From the IMG/VR virus record IMGVR_UViG_2718218098_000005, positions 1-40,480 of that record: a DNA stretch of 40,480 bases. The stretch is one strand, 5' to 3'. The notes under the pieces were generated by a model, which saw only the letters and a program-made list of their open reading frames with translations, was not told the origin of the DNA and ran no database searches. The stretch is from a virus. Taxonomy: Duplodnaviria; Heunggongvirae; Uroviricota; Caudoviricetes. Positions 20,498-28,208 of this stretch are shown piece by piece. Position 1 is the stretch's first letter. The number at the start of each line of letters is the position of its first letter. The translations under genes and the position numbers were made by a program.

Positions 20498-20848
20498 TCA
20501 ATTGATGCGTTCGCGCGCTGTTTTTGCTTTATGGCAGGGCCAGCACAGACTCTGCAGGTTACTGTCTGCATCCGTGCCACCATGAGCTTTCGGAATGATG
20601 TGGTCCACAGTTCTGGCTTCAACGGCTCTCCCATTGCGCAGGCAGTTCTGACACAGATGATTATCACGCTTCAGTATGCGCGCACGTATGGCATCCCATT
20701 TCGAGCCATAGCCACGCTGGTGGCGACTCAGTCCGCGTTGATGCTGTACCCATCCTTCGCCACGATGTTTATCGCAGTAACCAGAACTGTCGGTGGTTGT
20801 ACCTGCGCATCCACGCTTACGGCAGGCACGTGGGATTCGTGATGGCAT
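20498..20848 (-). CDS. HNH endonuclease (terminase-associated)
   Basis: Cys-rich N-terminus and ..DHIIPKAHGGTDADSNLQSLCWPCH.. HNH motif; located just upstream of terS as in HK97 gp74. Confidence 0.85.
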   Translation of the reverse strand: MPSRIPRACRKRGCAGTTTDSSGYCDKHRGEGWVQHQRGLSRHQRGYGSKWDAIRARILKRDNHLCQNCLRNGRAVEARTVDHIIPKAHGGTDADSNLQSLCWPCHKAKTARERIN

Positions 20849-20855
20849 AAATACC

Positions 20856-21056
20856 TCATACCCTGTTCAGTTTAATGACGGGCTGATTCTCGATATGTTC
20901 TGCTGTCAGTCTGAAAGTCACTGTGACTGTTGGTAGCTCGCCTCCGCGTGACTCTGTTCTTGCGGAAAGCTGCCCTTCCAGTAACTCACCATTAACTGCA
21001 ATCCCATAACCTACGAAATGTTTACCACGATAAAGTTTTGCCAGTTGGTAATTCAT
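20856..21056 (-). CDS. Hypothetical protein (66 aa)
   Basis: ATG at 21056 with AGGAGG 6 nt upstream; no domain recognised. Confidence 0.5.
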   Translation of the reverse strand: MNYQLAKLYRGKHFVGYGIAVNGELLEGQLSARTESRGGELPTVTVTFRLTAEHIENQPVIKLNRV

Positions 21057-21142
21057 TTGCATCCTCCTGCAAAAATCCAGTTCGTGATGTGCATAAAAAA
21101 GCCCCGCGTATGTGGGGCTAATGATTGCAGGGATTTATTGTC

Positions 21143-21445
21143 TCAGTCTAATTTAATAAGTTTTACAGGTTTCTCTCCTGCATCTACGCACCAGTTGTTG
21201 TACTCATGTACAGCCCGCATCAACTCACCATCATAATGACCAACCTTCTCTACAAGATCCGTAAGCGATTGGGGATTAAATTCAACAATTTCAGGTGGGA
21301 CGAGATTCACATTCCCTTTCTGATGAAGGGCATAGACCGCAGTACGCAGATCACCAATAGCTTTCATTCGTTCAGCATAAAGGTCCTTGATCTTTTCATT
21401 GAGAATTTTGCAGCGACCAATTGCTTCATAATTCAGTTCAGACAT
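21143..21445 (-). CDS. Hypothetical protein (100 aa)
   Basis: ATG at 21445 (MSELNYEAIG) with AGGAGG 4 nt upstream. Confidence 0.55.
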   Translation of the reverse strand: MSELNYEAIGRCKILNEKIKDLYAERMKAIGDLRTAVYALHQKGNVNLVPPEIVEFNPQSLTDLVEKVGHYDGELMRAVHEYNNWCVDAGEKPVKLIKLD

Positions 21446-21527
21446 TTTGCCTCCTGTTTTCAATGGAGATATTCAGGCCAATAGCATTATCGCAGCCCCT
21501 CTCACTGAAGGGGTGCTATAATACCTG

Positions 21528-21824
21528 TTACTCAGTAACTACCGCACCTTCCGGTAATTCCATACCAGCAAATACCGGACAACCAGGATGACGATCATCT
21601 TCTGTTGCTTCCAGCATTGACTCACCAAACCACTCCGTCGTGGCGCGACCATCAGCTGCTTTGTAGTGGATCAAGTACTGGTTTTCGCCATCCGCATACT
21701 GCGCACGGGCTTTAACCTCACCCCATTCATCACTGATGCGCATCTCCACCAGTTGAGACAACTCAAACTTAAACGGAGCAGCATCAGCACCAATTACAAT
21801 CGGTTTGTTTTCTGTTTTTTCCAT
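21528..21824 (-). CDS. Hypothetical acidic protein (98 aa)
   Basis: Tandem ATGs at 21827/21824 after AGGAGA; no domain recognised. Confidence 0.55.
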   Translation of the reverse strand: MEKTENKPIVIGADAAPFKFELSQLVEMRISDEWGEVKARAQYADGENQYLIHYKAADGRATTEWFGESMLEATEDDRHPGCPVFAGMELPEGAVVTE

Positions 21825-21998
21825 CATCGTCTCCTGATATTGAAGCCCGTCGCCGCACCGGGCACTGATCAACATTTGAGTATTCGCGGCGACAGAAAGA
21901 ATTTATTTTATTGAGTAGCCACAAACACAGAATTTCATGCTTTCTGGACACTGGCGCATCCTTCATTTTTCAGCAAAATATTCTGCTATTACAGGCGA

Positions 21999-22154
21999 TC
22001 AGTTCTGCATACACTGCCGAACACCGTCGACAATTTCACAGACCTGAGAAGCTGTATCGAAAAGCTGGCGCGCCTTATTCAGGCTGACGCATCCCACCAA
22101 TAAAAAAGGCACCAGTATCGCTACCAGTGCCCATTTCGCTGCCGTTCGCGGCAT
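21999..22154 (-). CDS. Small lipoprotein (lipobox LLVGC), possible lysis accessory
   Basis: Signal peptide MPRTAAKWALVAILVPFLLVG-C; directly after endolysin; alternative start ATG 22181. Confidence 0.5.
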   Translation of the reverse strand: MPRTAAKWALVAILVPFLLVGCVSLNKARQLFDTASQVCEIVDGVRQCMQN

Positions 22155-22195
22155 TCTATGTGTCCAGTGTTTTCGACTCATAACTCGCCCGGCTA

Positions 22196-22573
22196 TCAGC
22201 GTTTCAATTGGAAGTGCGGCCCGTCCTTCAGCGTTTTCCAGTCCCCGCCCCATTCGATGGCGACTCCCAGCTCTGCGGCAGCCTGCTTAAATGCCTGTGC
22301 GATTTTCTCGTACAGAGGCCAGTCCCATGACACCTGGCTGTCAACATAAGCCACAACATCCACAGCATCACCGGTCAGGTGGCGGCTGTTCATGGTCTGG
22401 CTTTTCCCTTCCGCGACCAGCTGTTTCTGGCGTTCTTTCGTGCGCAGCCCTTCCGTAATACCGAAATCAACCTCCGTCAATTCCAGCGCACGGCGAACGA
22501 CAGCAACCAGCTGTGGTTTGACGCCCTCCAGATTTTTTTTACTGCGACGACTGAATCTGAATTTACCCGACAT
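22196..22573 (-). CDS. Endolysin, peptidase M15 family (L-alanyl-D-glutamate peptidase type)
   Basis: Zn-ligand motifs SRHLTGDAVDV and DGPHFQ; RBS GGAGGTGA; follows two membrane proteins. Confidence 0.8.
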   Translation of the reverse strand: MSGKFRFSRRSKKNLEGVKPQLVAVVRRALELTEVDFGITEGLRTKERQKQLVAEGKSQTMNSRHLTGDAVDVVAYVDSQVSWDWPLYEKIAQAFKQAAAELGVAIEWGGDWKTLKDGPHFQLKR

Positions 22574-22575
22574 GC

Positions 22576-22851
22576 TCACCTCCGGAATGAAAGGATTTTT
22601 GAAACGTTCCCGCGTGCGCGTATTACCAGCACGCAGAACAGCAGATTAAGCCCCACCGCCAGCCAGTTCGCCGCTAACGGGCGACCGCACAGATAGCTGA
22701 GTGGTGCAAAGGCATACAGCAGCATCAGCAGCCAGGCCAGCCATGACATCAGCGGTTTGTGTCTGGAATCACGGCGACGATAAAAAAAGAGCGTCAGCAC
22801 GATAACCGTGCATAACGCTACATTCAGCAATCCGGGAATGTTACTTAACAT
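22576..22851 (-). CDS. Membrane protein (91 aa, 2-3 TM), holin/antiholin-like
   Basis: ATG 22851 with GGAGGAGG 5 nt upstream; hydrophobic segments; between holin-like gene and endolysin. Confidence 0.6.
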   Translation of the reverse strand: MLSNIPGLLNVALCTVIVLTLFFYRRRDSRHKPLMSWLAWLLMLLYAFAPLSYLCGRPLAANWLAVGLNLLFCVLVIRARGNVSKILSFRR

Positions 22852-23233
22852 TGCCGCCTCCTCCACCCCGCAGACGGGAGAACAGGCCGGACACCAGTGA
22901 TGCAATATCCTGCTGGTGGATGAACGAGAGAATCTTCACCGACACCACTGACACCAGCACTGCACACAGTGCGTCGACAGGCGCACCGTCAAACCCTGTA
23001 TGCTTTACCAGCCAGGATGCCAGAACCTCTGCGCCCAGCACGCCGATAATGAACGACACCAGAAAATGCGCCGCCACACGCCAGGCTGAAAGCGCCTGCG
23101 GCATCGTTGCCACAAATAACGCCCCGGCGAACGCACCAAACACAATCCCGAAATCCGTTCCGGTAAACAGCCCGAATACCGTCGCCCCGCCGAGCGCCAC
23201 AGCCGTGCCGGAACCGGATAAGGGTTCAGACAT
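22841..23233 (-). CDS. Putative holin (130 aa, Gly/Ala-rich TM segments)
   Basis: ATG 23233 (MSEPLSG) with AGGAG 8 nt upstream; first gene after terminator; multiple TM segments. Confidence 0.6.
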   Translation of the reverse strand: MSEPLSGSGTAVALGGATVFGLFTGTDFGIVFGAFAGALFVATMPQALSAWRVAAHFLVSFIIGVLGAEVLASWLVKHTGFDGAPVDALCAVLVSVVSVKILSFIHQQDIASLVSGLFSRLRGGGGGNVK

Positions 23234-23250
23234 ACTTTTTTCTCCTGTAA

Positions 23251-23274
23251 ATAAAAAAGGGCCACCAGCGGCCC
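23251..23274 (-). terminator. Intrinsic terminator immediately upstream of lysis genes (tR'-like)
   Basis: Minus strand GGGCCGCTGGTGGCCC followed by TTTTTTATTT, then RBS and holin ATG. Confidence 0.6.
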
Positions 23275-23553
23275 GTAAAAAACACCCCGTCAAAAGCACC
23301 GGCATCCGCAGATGCCCTTTGCGTGGCGTTATTTGATGCGCGCCAGATGTGGCGCAAAGAAATGAAATAAGACTTATCGGAAATTAAGGTTAATTTGAGG
23401 ATTTAAACCACTTCTGAAGCTTAGTAGTATGAACATGTCCCCGGAAGGGGGCCAATACTTATTATTCTTCATGGACTTTGTCCCGCGGTCTTAATCCGAC
23501 GACCGCGCTACTTTTCACCCTCTCGCAAATTGCTATCCAAAGGACGTTGTCCC

Positions 23554-23586
23554 ACGAGTATTCCTGGATGCTCGTGTCTTTTTTTG
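23554..23586 (+). terminator. Plus-strand hairpin + T-run (weak terminator candidate)
   Basis: CACGAG-12 nt-CTCGTG followed by TCTTTTTTTG. Confidence 0.35.
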
Positions 23587-23601
23587 TCCTGAGAAAGGAA
23601 T

Positions 23602-23627
23602 AAAAAAAACCGCCATATCTGGCGGTT
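23602..23627 (-). terminator. Intrinsic terminator within ORF-free region between tRNAs and lysis genes
   Basis: Minus strand AACCGCCAGATATGGCGGTT followed by TTTTTTTT. Confidence 0.55.
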
Positions 23628-23990
23628 GGTCAATGCAAGGGATGAATTTTTTAATTGTTATTAAACCGAGGCGTCGGGTGCCTCCCGAAGTATTCCGTGC
23701 TGTATGGATACTGTGGTTTCCCGCTAAACCGACTCTTTAAACCACCCTCGCTCTGAGGTGCGCCTCTTTGGTGCGATTTACAACACCAGAATGATGCATC
23801 ACCGACCCTGCCAGGAAATACAAAATCTCCACCGATAATGCACCATTCTGCTGTCGTAAAAAAATCAGCACTGAGGCTACACCTGGTCTCAAATCATAGC
23901 CAGAGAACAGAATGCTTTTTCAAAACAACCTGCTCCCACGTAATAAAAAATACGCCAGTGCCGCAATACAATAAGGCTTGTTTCAAATGC

Positions 23991-24065
<75 letters not shown>

Positions 24066-24068
24066 ATA

Positions 24069-24144
<76 letters not shown>

Positions 24145-24146
24145 AC

Positions 24147-24223
24147 TGGACCGCCACCGGGGACTCGAACCTCGCACACTCAACTTAAAGTGTTGACGCT
24201 CTTTCCTGATGAACTAGTAGCGG
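24147..24223 (-). tRNA. tRNA-like, probable anticodon TTT (Lys) with C33
   Basis: Acceptor CCGCTAC/GTGGCGG, 5-bp anticodon stem TCAAC/GTTGA, loop ACTTTAA, T-loop TTCGAGT, CCA encoded. Confidence 0.5.
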
Positions 24224-24224
24224 T

Positions 24225-24300
24225 TGGTGGCCCTGGCTGGATTTGAACCAGCGACCTGGCGATTATGAGTCGCTCGCTCTCACCACTGAGCTAAAGGGCC
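24225..24300 (-). tRNA. tRNA-Ile2-like (anticodon CAT; ileX/ileZ type)
   Basis: Strong similarity by recollection to E. coli ileX; anticodon loop CTCATAA; CCA encoded. Confidence 0.8.
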
Positions 24301-24308
24301 GGCGCAAG

Positions 24309-24337
24309 ATAATAACGTTACGAAATCAATGTAGCAA
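24309..24337 (-). promoter_or_regulatory. Candidate sigma70 promoter for the tRNA cluster
   Basis: Minus strand TTGCTA-17 nt-TATTAT, ending 8 nt before first tRNA. Confidence 0.4.
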
Positions 24338-24413
24338 GCATTCAAAAATCACCTGGTTAAAAATCACCCTTATCTCCTCCACCAGCGCATTCACCATGTC
24401 TATCCGAGATAAG

Positions 24414-24443
24414 TGGCACAAACAAAACCCGCTTGTGGGCGGG
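24414..24443 (-). terminator. Hairpin + U-rich tail just downstream of Q-like gene (candidate tR')
   Basis: Minus strand AAAACCCGCCCACAAGCGGGTTTTGTTTGTGCC. Confidence 0.5.
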
Positions 24444-24498
24444 TTTTGTTTGCTTTTGCCATCACGTACAAAATCGGCAAAATATCAGATTTGCATGA

Positions 24499-24527
24499 AA
24501 TATATGCCTTTCAATCTACTTTTGCAA
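24499..24527 (-). promoter_or_regulatory. Candidate late promoter overlapping 3' end of Q-like gene
   Basis: Minus strand TTGCAA-17 nt-TATATT; Q stop codon lies between the two hexamers. Confidence 0.4.
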
Positions 24528-25200
24528 CACTTTGCTTTGAAAATACCGCCTTTTGTTTTGAACGTGTTCTCATTACAAACAATAAAGCCTCACTATCCAG
24601 TCGGTGAAAAATGTGTTTCAATGCAACCCAGTGACGAGTAAATGTTTTGGACCAGTTTTTAGTTGTCACTCCCGCCAGTAATGCCAGCTCCTGGTATTCA
24701 TAACCTTCCCCACCAAAAAGTTCTGCTTTTACTGCCTGCGCCGCCAGCCAGATTAATTTTTTCAGGCGTTCCTGCGTTTTCCCTGCAATTTTTCTGGTAC
24801 CGGGTTGAGTATTAAATTCATTCCACGCCCACTGTGTTATCGCGATCTGATATGCCCAACAAATATTCCCGCTGTAACACCACAGCAACCAGGCTTTATG
24901 ATGTTCTTCAAGAGACAGAACAGCCCGCCGCCACGATGATGTCGAAAACTCAACCGGACTGACCAGAGGAATTGACGTCCCCTTCGCCAGCGATTGCTTC
25001 CCCGGGATTGGTGGATTATCCCGCGTTATCATTTTTCCAGTCGCTTCATCGCGGTACCGGATTTTTTTTCGCCTGTAACGCCCTGTATCGAACATGGCAT
25101 TCTCTTGCCAGGCTTCAAGCTGACCTTTTGTTGCCGCACTCAAATCAGCGGTAGCGATAATGAGCTGCTCACGCACAAACTGTAAATACTGGTTATTCAT
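24511..25200 (-). CDS. Putative late antiterminator Q (QuuQ-like)
   Basis: 229 aa; position between rusA and late promoter/lysis region as in Qin; ATGA overlap with rusA stop; family not verified. Confidence 0.55.
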   Translation of the reverse strand: MNNQYLQFVREQLIIATADLSAATKGQLEAWQENAMFDTGRYRRKKIRYRDEATGKMITRDNPPIPGKQSLAKGTSIPLVSPVEFSTSSWRRAVLSLEEHHKAWLLWCYSGNICWAYQIAITQWAWNEFNTQPGTRKIAGKTQERLKKLIWLAAQAVKAELFGGEGYEYQELALLAGVTTKNWSKTFTRHWVALKHIFHRLDSEALLFVMRTRSKQKAVFSKQSVAKVD

Positions 25201-25556
25201 GCGCACTCCAGTTCTGTGATTTTTATCCCCAGCCGCCCACCAGGAACGAGCTGACCGCGCACAATATTGATTTCATCAAACTGCTCGTCGTCTATAAGTA
25301 GTCCGGCATGCGTCAGCGCATCCAGTGGTGCCTTCAGGATATTGTCCAGGTCACGACGGCGCTTATCCGGCGGCTCTGCAATAATTTTTATTGCCAGCCT
25401 TCCGGACAGGTTTAATTTCAGCCGCTGCTGGCGAACAATAAGTGCCACATCCCGGCGATAACGCTCACCGGCTTTTGATACAAAATATGTGCTGCCACGA
25501 CGACGCCAGTAGGTGTTCACCGTCGGCGGGTAAGGCAAAACAAACTCTATACGCAT
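25197..25556 (-). CDS. rusA: RusA Holliday junction resolvase
   Basis: MRIEFVLPYPPTVNTYW..RRRDLDN..GGRLGIKITE closely parallels E. coli RusA motifs. Confidence 0.9.
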   Translation of the reverse strand: MRIEFVLPYPPTVNTYWRRRGSTYFVSKAGERYRRDVALIVRQQRLKLNLSGRLAIKIIAEPPDKRRRDLDNILKAPLDALTHAGLLIDDEQFDEINIVRGQLVPGGRLGIKITELECA

Positions 25557-25568
25557 CAGTAACCTCTT

Positions 25569-26615
25569 TTACCCGAGCACACCGGTTGCAAAGGCGTGAT
25601 CAAGAAAACGAAAAATTAAATCAACCTGAGAACCATGCTTTTCTTCGAACGCCAGCGGATCCGCATGAAGTTCGTTGTGATGCTCCCGGCACAGCGGTAG
25701 CGTGAAAATATCGTGGGATTTTGTCCCCATTCCGCCCTGACCATGACCAATCAGGTGATGGGGATCGTCGGCTGGCTTACCACAACACGCACACGGCTGT
25801 GTCTTTACCCAGCGCGTGTATTTCTCATTTACCCAGCGGCGACGTTTAGGCCGCTTCATGAAAGATTCAGGAGACTCAGGATCAACGGCGATGTTTACCA
25901 CCGTCTTTTCCTGTGGCGGGTTTTGCTGGTGGGAGTGAGGCAACGGCGCAAGATTTTTTGTGCGCTGCTTCAGTATGATGGTGGCGGTCTGCTCTCCCGG
26001 TACGATGTCGCTTTCGCGATATACCGAGTGGATTTTTTCCGCACGTAACCCCAGAGAACGACGTAATACTGCCTCCGGTAGCGCGTCCGCTACCTGATTG
26101 CGGACCGCCCACCAGGATAATTCAGCCAGCGATAATTCCCGCTCCTGCGCACCGCTTATTGCGTGACGGATGACGTCAATCATCCATGCTGTCAGGTTTT
26201 GTTGAGCAAGTTGCTCAAGTGATTCTAAGGTCTGGTCACGCAGCTGGTTGTCGCAGTGCCAGCACAACACCATCGCGCCGGTGCCGTAACGATGTATGAC
26301 GGTTTCGCTGTGGTGATAGTCACCATGAGGCCACTGGCAGGATTTAACATGACGCAGGAGCCAGTCAGACAGTGCACCAGCGCCGCCGGCAGCACGAATC
26401 ACCCGTTCGTCGCTGAAAAATGGCAGTAATGATTTATCTTCTGCCAGCGGCTGGCGAACGGCAGGAACAACTCCGGACGGCAGACTGCGCATGCTTTTCG
26501 GTTCCGGCTCCACCAGCACTCGAGGATTATGAAATATCTGTATGGATTCAAAGCCCGGCTTTAGCACCACCAGCCCAAGTTCCGGTACCAGTACAGGTCG
26601 AAGCAATACCCGCAC
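25569..26615 (-). CDS. ydfU: DUF968 protein (YdfU-like) with C-terminal HNH/zinc-binding motif
   Basis: 348 aa; C-terminal CACCGKPADDPHHLIGHGQGG..CREHHNELH; GTG start with GGAGGT upstream; synteny with rem/hokD. Confidence 0.8.
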   Translation of the reverse strand: MRVLLRPVLVPELGLVVLKPGFESIQIFHNPRVLVEPEPKSMRSLPSGVVPAVRQPLAEDKSLLPFFSDERVIRAAGGAGALSDWLLRHVKSCQWPHGDYHHSETVIHRYGTGAMVLCWHCDNQLRDQTLESLEQLAQQNLTAWMIDVIRHAISGAQERELSLAELSWWAVRNQVADALPEAVLRRSLGLRAEKIHSVYRESDIVPGEQTATIILKQRTKNLAPLPHSHQQNPPQEKTVVNIAVDPESPESFMKRPKRRRWVNEKYTRWVKTQPCACCGKPADDPHHLIGHGQGGMGTKSHDIFTLPLCREHHNELHADPLAFEEKHGSQVDLIFRFLDHAFATGVLG

Positions 26616-26616
26616 G

Positions 26617-26841
26617 TTACCTCCAGATGCGTTGCTGGAATGTGCGGGACGGACGCGGTGGCGTTCGGAATAAGGGAGCCTGACGGAGATTATCCAGTGA
26701 CGATATTAGCCATTCAGCTTGTTCTTCAGTGCAGGGGTCATGCTGGAACCAGTAAGATTTAAATGCGTGAGAGCGCCGCCCGTGCCTGCTGGCAAAGACG
26801 GCTGAATTATCAGAATTGTGTAGTCTGGAATTTTGCGCCAT
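26617..26841 (-). CDS. Hypothetical protein (74 aa), translationally coupled to ydfU
   Basis: ATG 26841 with GGAGAAA 7 nt upstream; stop adjacent to ydfU GTG. Confidence 0.5.
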   Translation of the reverse strand: MAQNSRLHNSDNSAVFASRHGRRSHAFKSYWFQHDPCTEEQAEWLISSLDNLRQAPLFRTPPRPSRTFQQRIWR

Positions 26842-26907
26842 CGGCTTTCTCCGGTGGCACAGTGTTACTCAACAGGGGTTCAGCCCTGCGCTGAATTGTA
26901 GATGAAT

Positions 26908-27168
26908 TCACTCATCTTCAAAAGCAGAAAAACCAGCCTTAATCCCAGCTTCTTTCAGAGACGGCAACGATGTGACAAATTCATTTGCACGCAAAATAAA
27001 ACCATCCGTCACAAGCCCATCCACCAAATGAATTAACGCAGCTCCACTCTTCCTTTGTTGAGACTGTAAACATTTAATACGGCAGAGGCTGACAATAGCA
27101 CCATTCTCAACGTGCACAGCATAGAGGCCATTTTCACTAAAAATTTCACGCAATTTTTCGATTTTCAT
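26908..27168 (-). CDS. rem: Rem-like protein (86 aa)
   Basis: Synteny (between ydfU and hokD as in Qin); RBS GGAAGGA; sequence identity not verified. Confidence 0.5.
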   Translation of the reverse strand: MKIEKLREIFSENGLYAVHVENGAIVSLCRIKCLQSQQRKSGAALIHLVDGLVTDGFILRANEFVTSLPSLKEAGIKAGFSAFEDE

Positions 27169-27292
27169 CTTCAGAATCCTTCCAGATAAATAGCACCCCC
27201 CTGTTCGGGGTCCATCCCTCTTCTCCCTGCGCGCTACTTAAGTATTTTTGATTCTATTCCGGCACCGTCCAAAACTTCAAATGCATTGAAAA

Positions 27293-27320
27293 TCAAAACA
27301 AAAACCCGCCGAAGCGGGTT
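27293..27320 (-). terminator. Terminator downstream of hok
   Basis: Minus strand AACCCGCTTCGGCGGGTTTTTGTTTTGATTTTC. Confidence 0.55.
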
Positions 27321-27388
27321 AAGTGCGGGTGCGTTGAGGATGCCTGACACATCAGAGGTGGCGAGGGATTTCACCCTCGCCTGGTCTC

Positions 27389-27544
27389 TTACTCCTCAGG
27401 TTCGTAAGCTGTGAAGACAGCGACCTCCGTCTGGCCGGTTCGGATTCGTACCTCGCAGAGGTCTTTCCTCGTTACCAGTGCTGTCACTATGACGGTTAAA
27501 CAGATGACGATCAGGGCGATTAACATCGCCTTTTGCTGCTTCAT
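27389..27544 (-). CDS. hokD: Hok/Gef family type I toxin (HokD/RelF-like, 51 aa)
   Basis: MKQQKAMLIALIVICLTVIVTALVTRKDLCEVRIRTGQTEVAVFTAYEPEE matches HokD by recollection; single TM + conserved Cys. Confidence 0.85.
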   Translation of the reverse strand: MKQQKAMLIALIVICLTVIVTALVTRKDLCEVRIRTGQTEVAVFTAYEPEE

Positions 27545-27732
27545 AGCCTGCTTCTCCTTGACCTCTCGGTCCGTAAGAGGCAATCTATATGTGACGAGCA
27601 TATAGGGGCCTCACTTCGATTTATAGTCGGGTGGGGCTTTTATCTATCTGCCTTTGGTGTTCATGCCTGAGGCAGATAGCCTCAAGCACCCGCAGCAATT
27701 CTACTTAACTCTCCTTTTCCCGCAAACCGTTT

Positions 27733-27816
27733 TTATCCCCAGCGGCAAATCGAATACACCACCAGCGCCACCGCCATCGCAATTCCTACCGTTGTGAATG
27801 CTTCAGGCCAGGTCAT
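27733..27816 (-). CDS. Unannotated small membrane peptide (27 aa, single TM)
   Basis: MTWPEAFTTVGIAMAVALVVYSICRWG; AGGAGG 7 nt upstream; ATGA overlap with stop of upstream gene; below ORF-track size cutoff. Confidence 0.45.
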   Translation of the reverse strand: MTWPEAFTTVGIAMAVALVVYSICRWG

Positions 27817-28208
27817 CGATTCACCTCCTGCTCAATATTTTTAAGGTCATTTTCCGCATACAGTATTGCTGTCCTGGTTGCTCGTAACCGGGCTTTGGCG
27901 TTTTTCTCTTCACGTTCAAGTTTTGCCACAGCTTCACGAAGAGCATCTCGCTTTGCATAGAGTGATTTAATCTCTGATACGATGTTTTCACCGTTTCTCG
28001 CACGGTCGAGAACAAGTTCGAACGGATCTAAAGTCAATCCACACCGTTTGCAGGTAATCGTACGATTCACTTCTGAAATTGTTGTACGGATATGCTGACA
28101 GCATTTTTGCTCGACACTTTTTTCGTCGGTTATCACAACGTTGAGAAGTCCTTCCTCCTCTGATTTTGGCTGTACCAGAGTGATAACATTGTCGACTTCA
28201 TTTTTCAT
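27813..28208 (-). CDS. Hypothetical zinc-ribbon + coiled-coil protein (paralog A2)
   Basis: C-x-H ... C-K-R-C-G motif then coiled coil with EKNAKARLR; paralogous to 30638..30994. Confidence 0.6.
   Translation of the reverse strand: MKNEVDNVITLVQPKSEEEGLLNVVITDEKSVEQKCCQHIRTTISEVNRTITCKRCGLTLDPFELVLDRARNGENIVSEIKSLYAKRDALREAVAKLEREEKNAKARLRATRTAILYAENDLKNIEQEVNR

Noticed and set aside
22851-23336. 161-aa plus-strand ORF
   Set aside because: Antisense to holin-like gene and late leader; Pro/Arg-rich shadow ORF
23640-23820. Possible additional tRNA or pseudo-tRNA
   Set aside because: No T-loop (GTTCRANYC) or acceptor/CCA arrangement found on either strand
27545-27601. In-frame upstream extension of hok ORF (MLVTYRLPLTDREVKEKQA)
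   Set aside because: Hok family proteins start at MKQQKAM; the extension is leader sequence (a true mok frame would be in a different frame)
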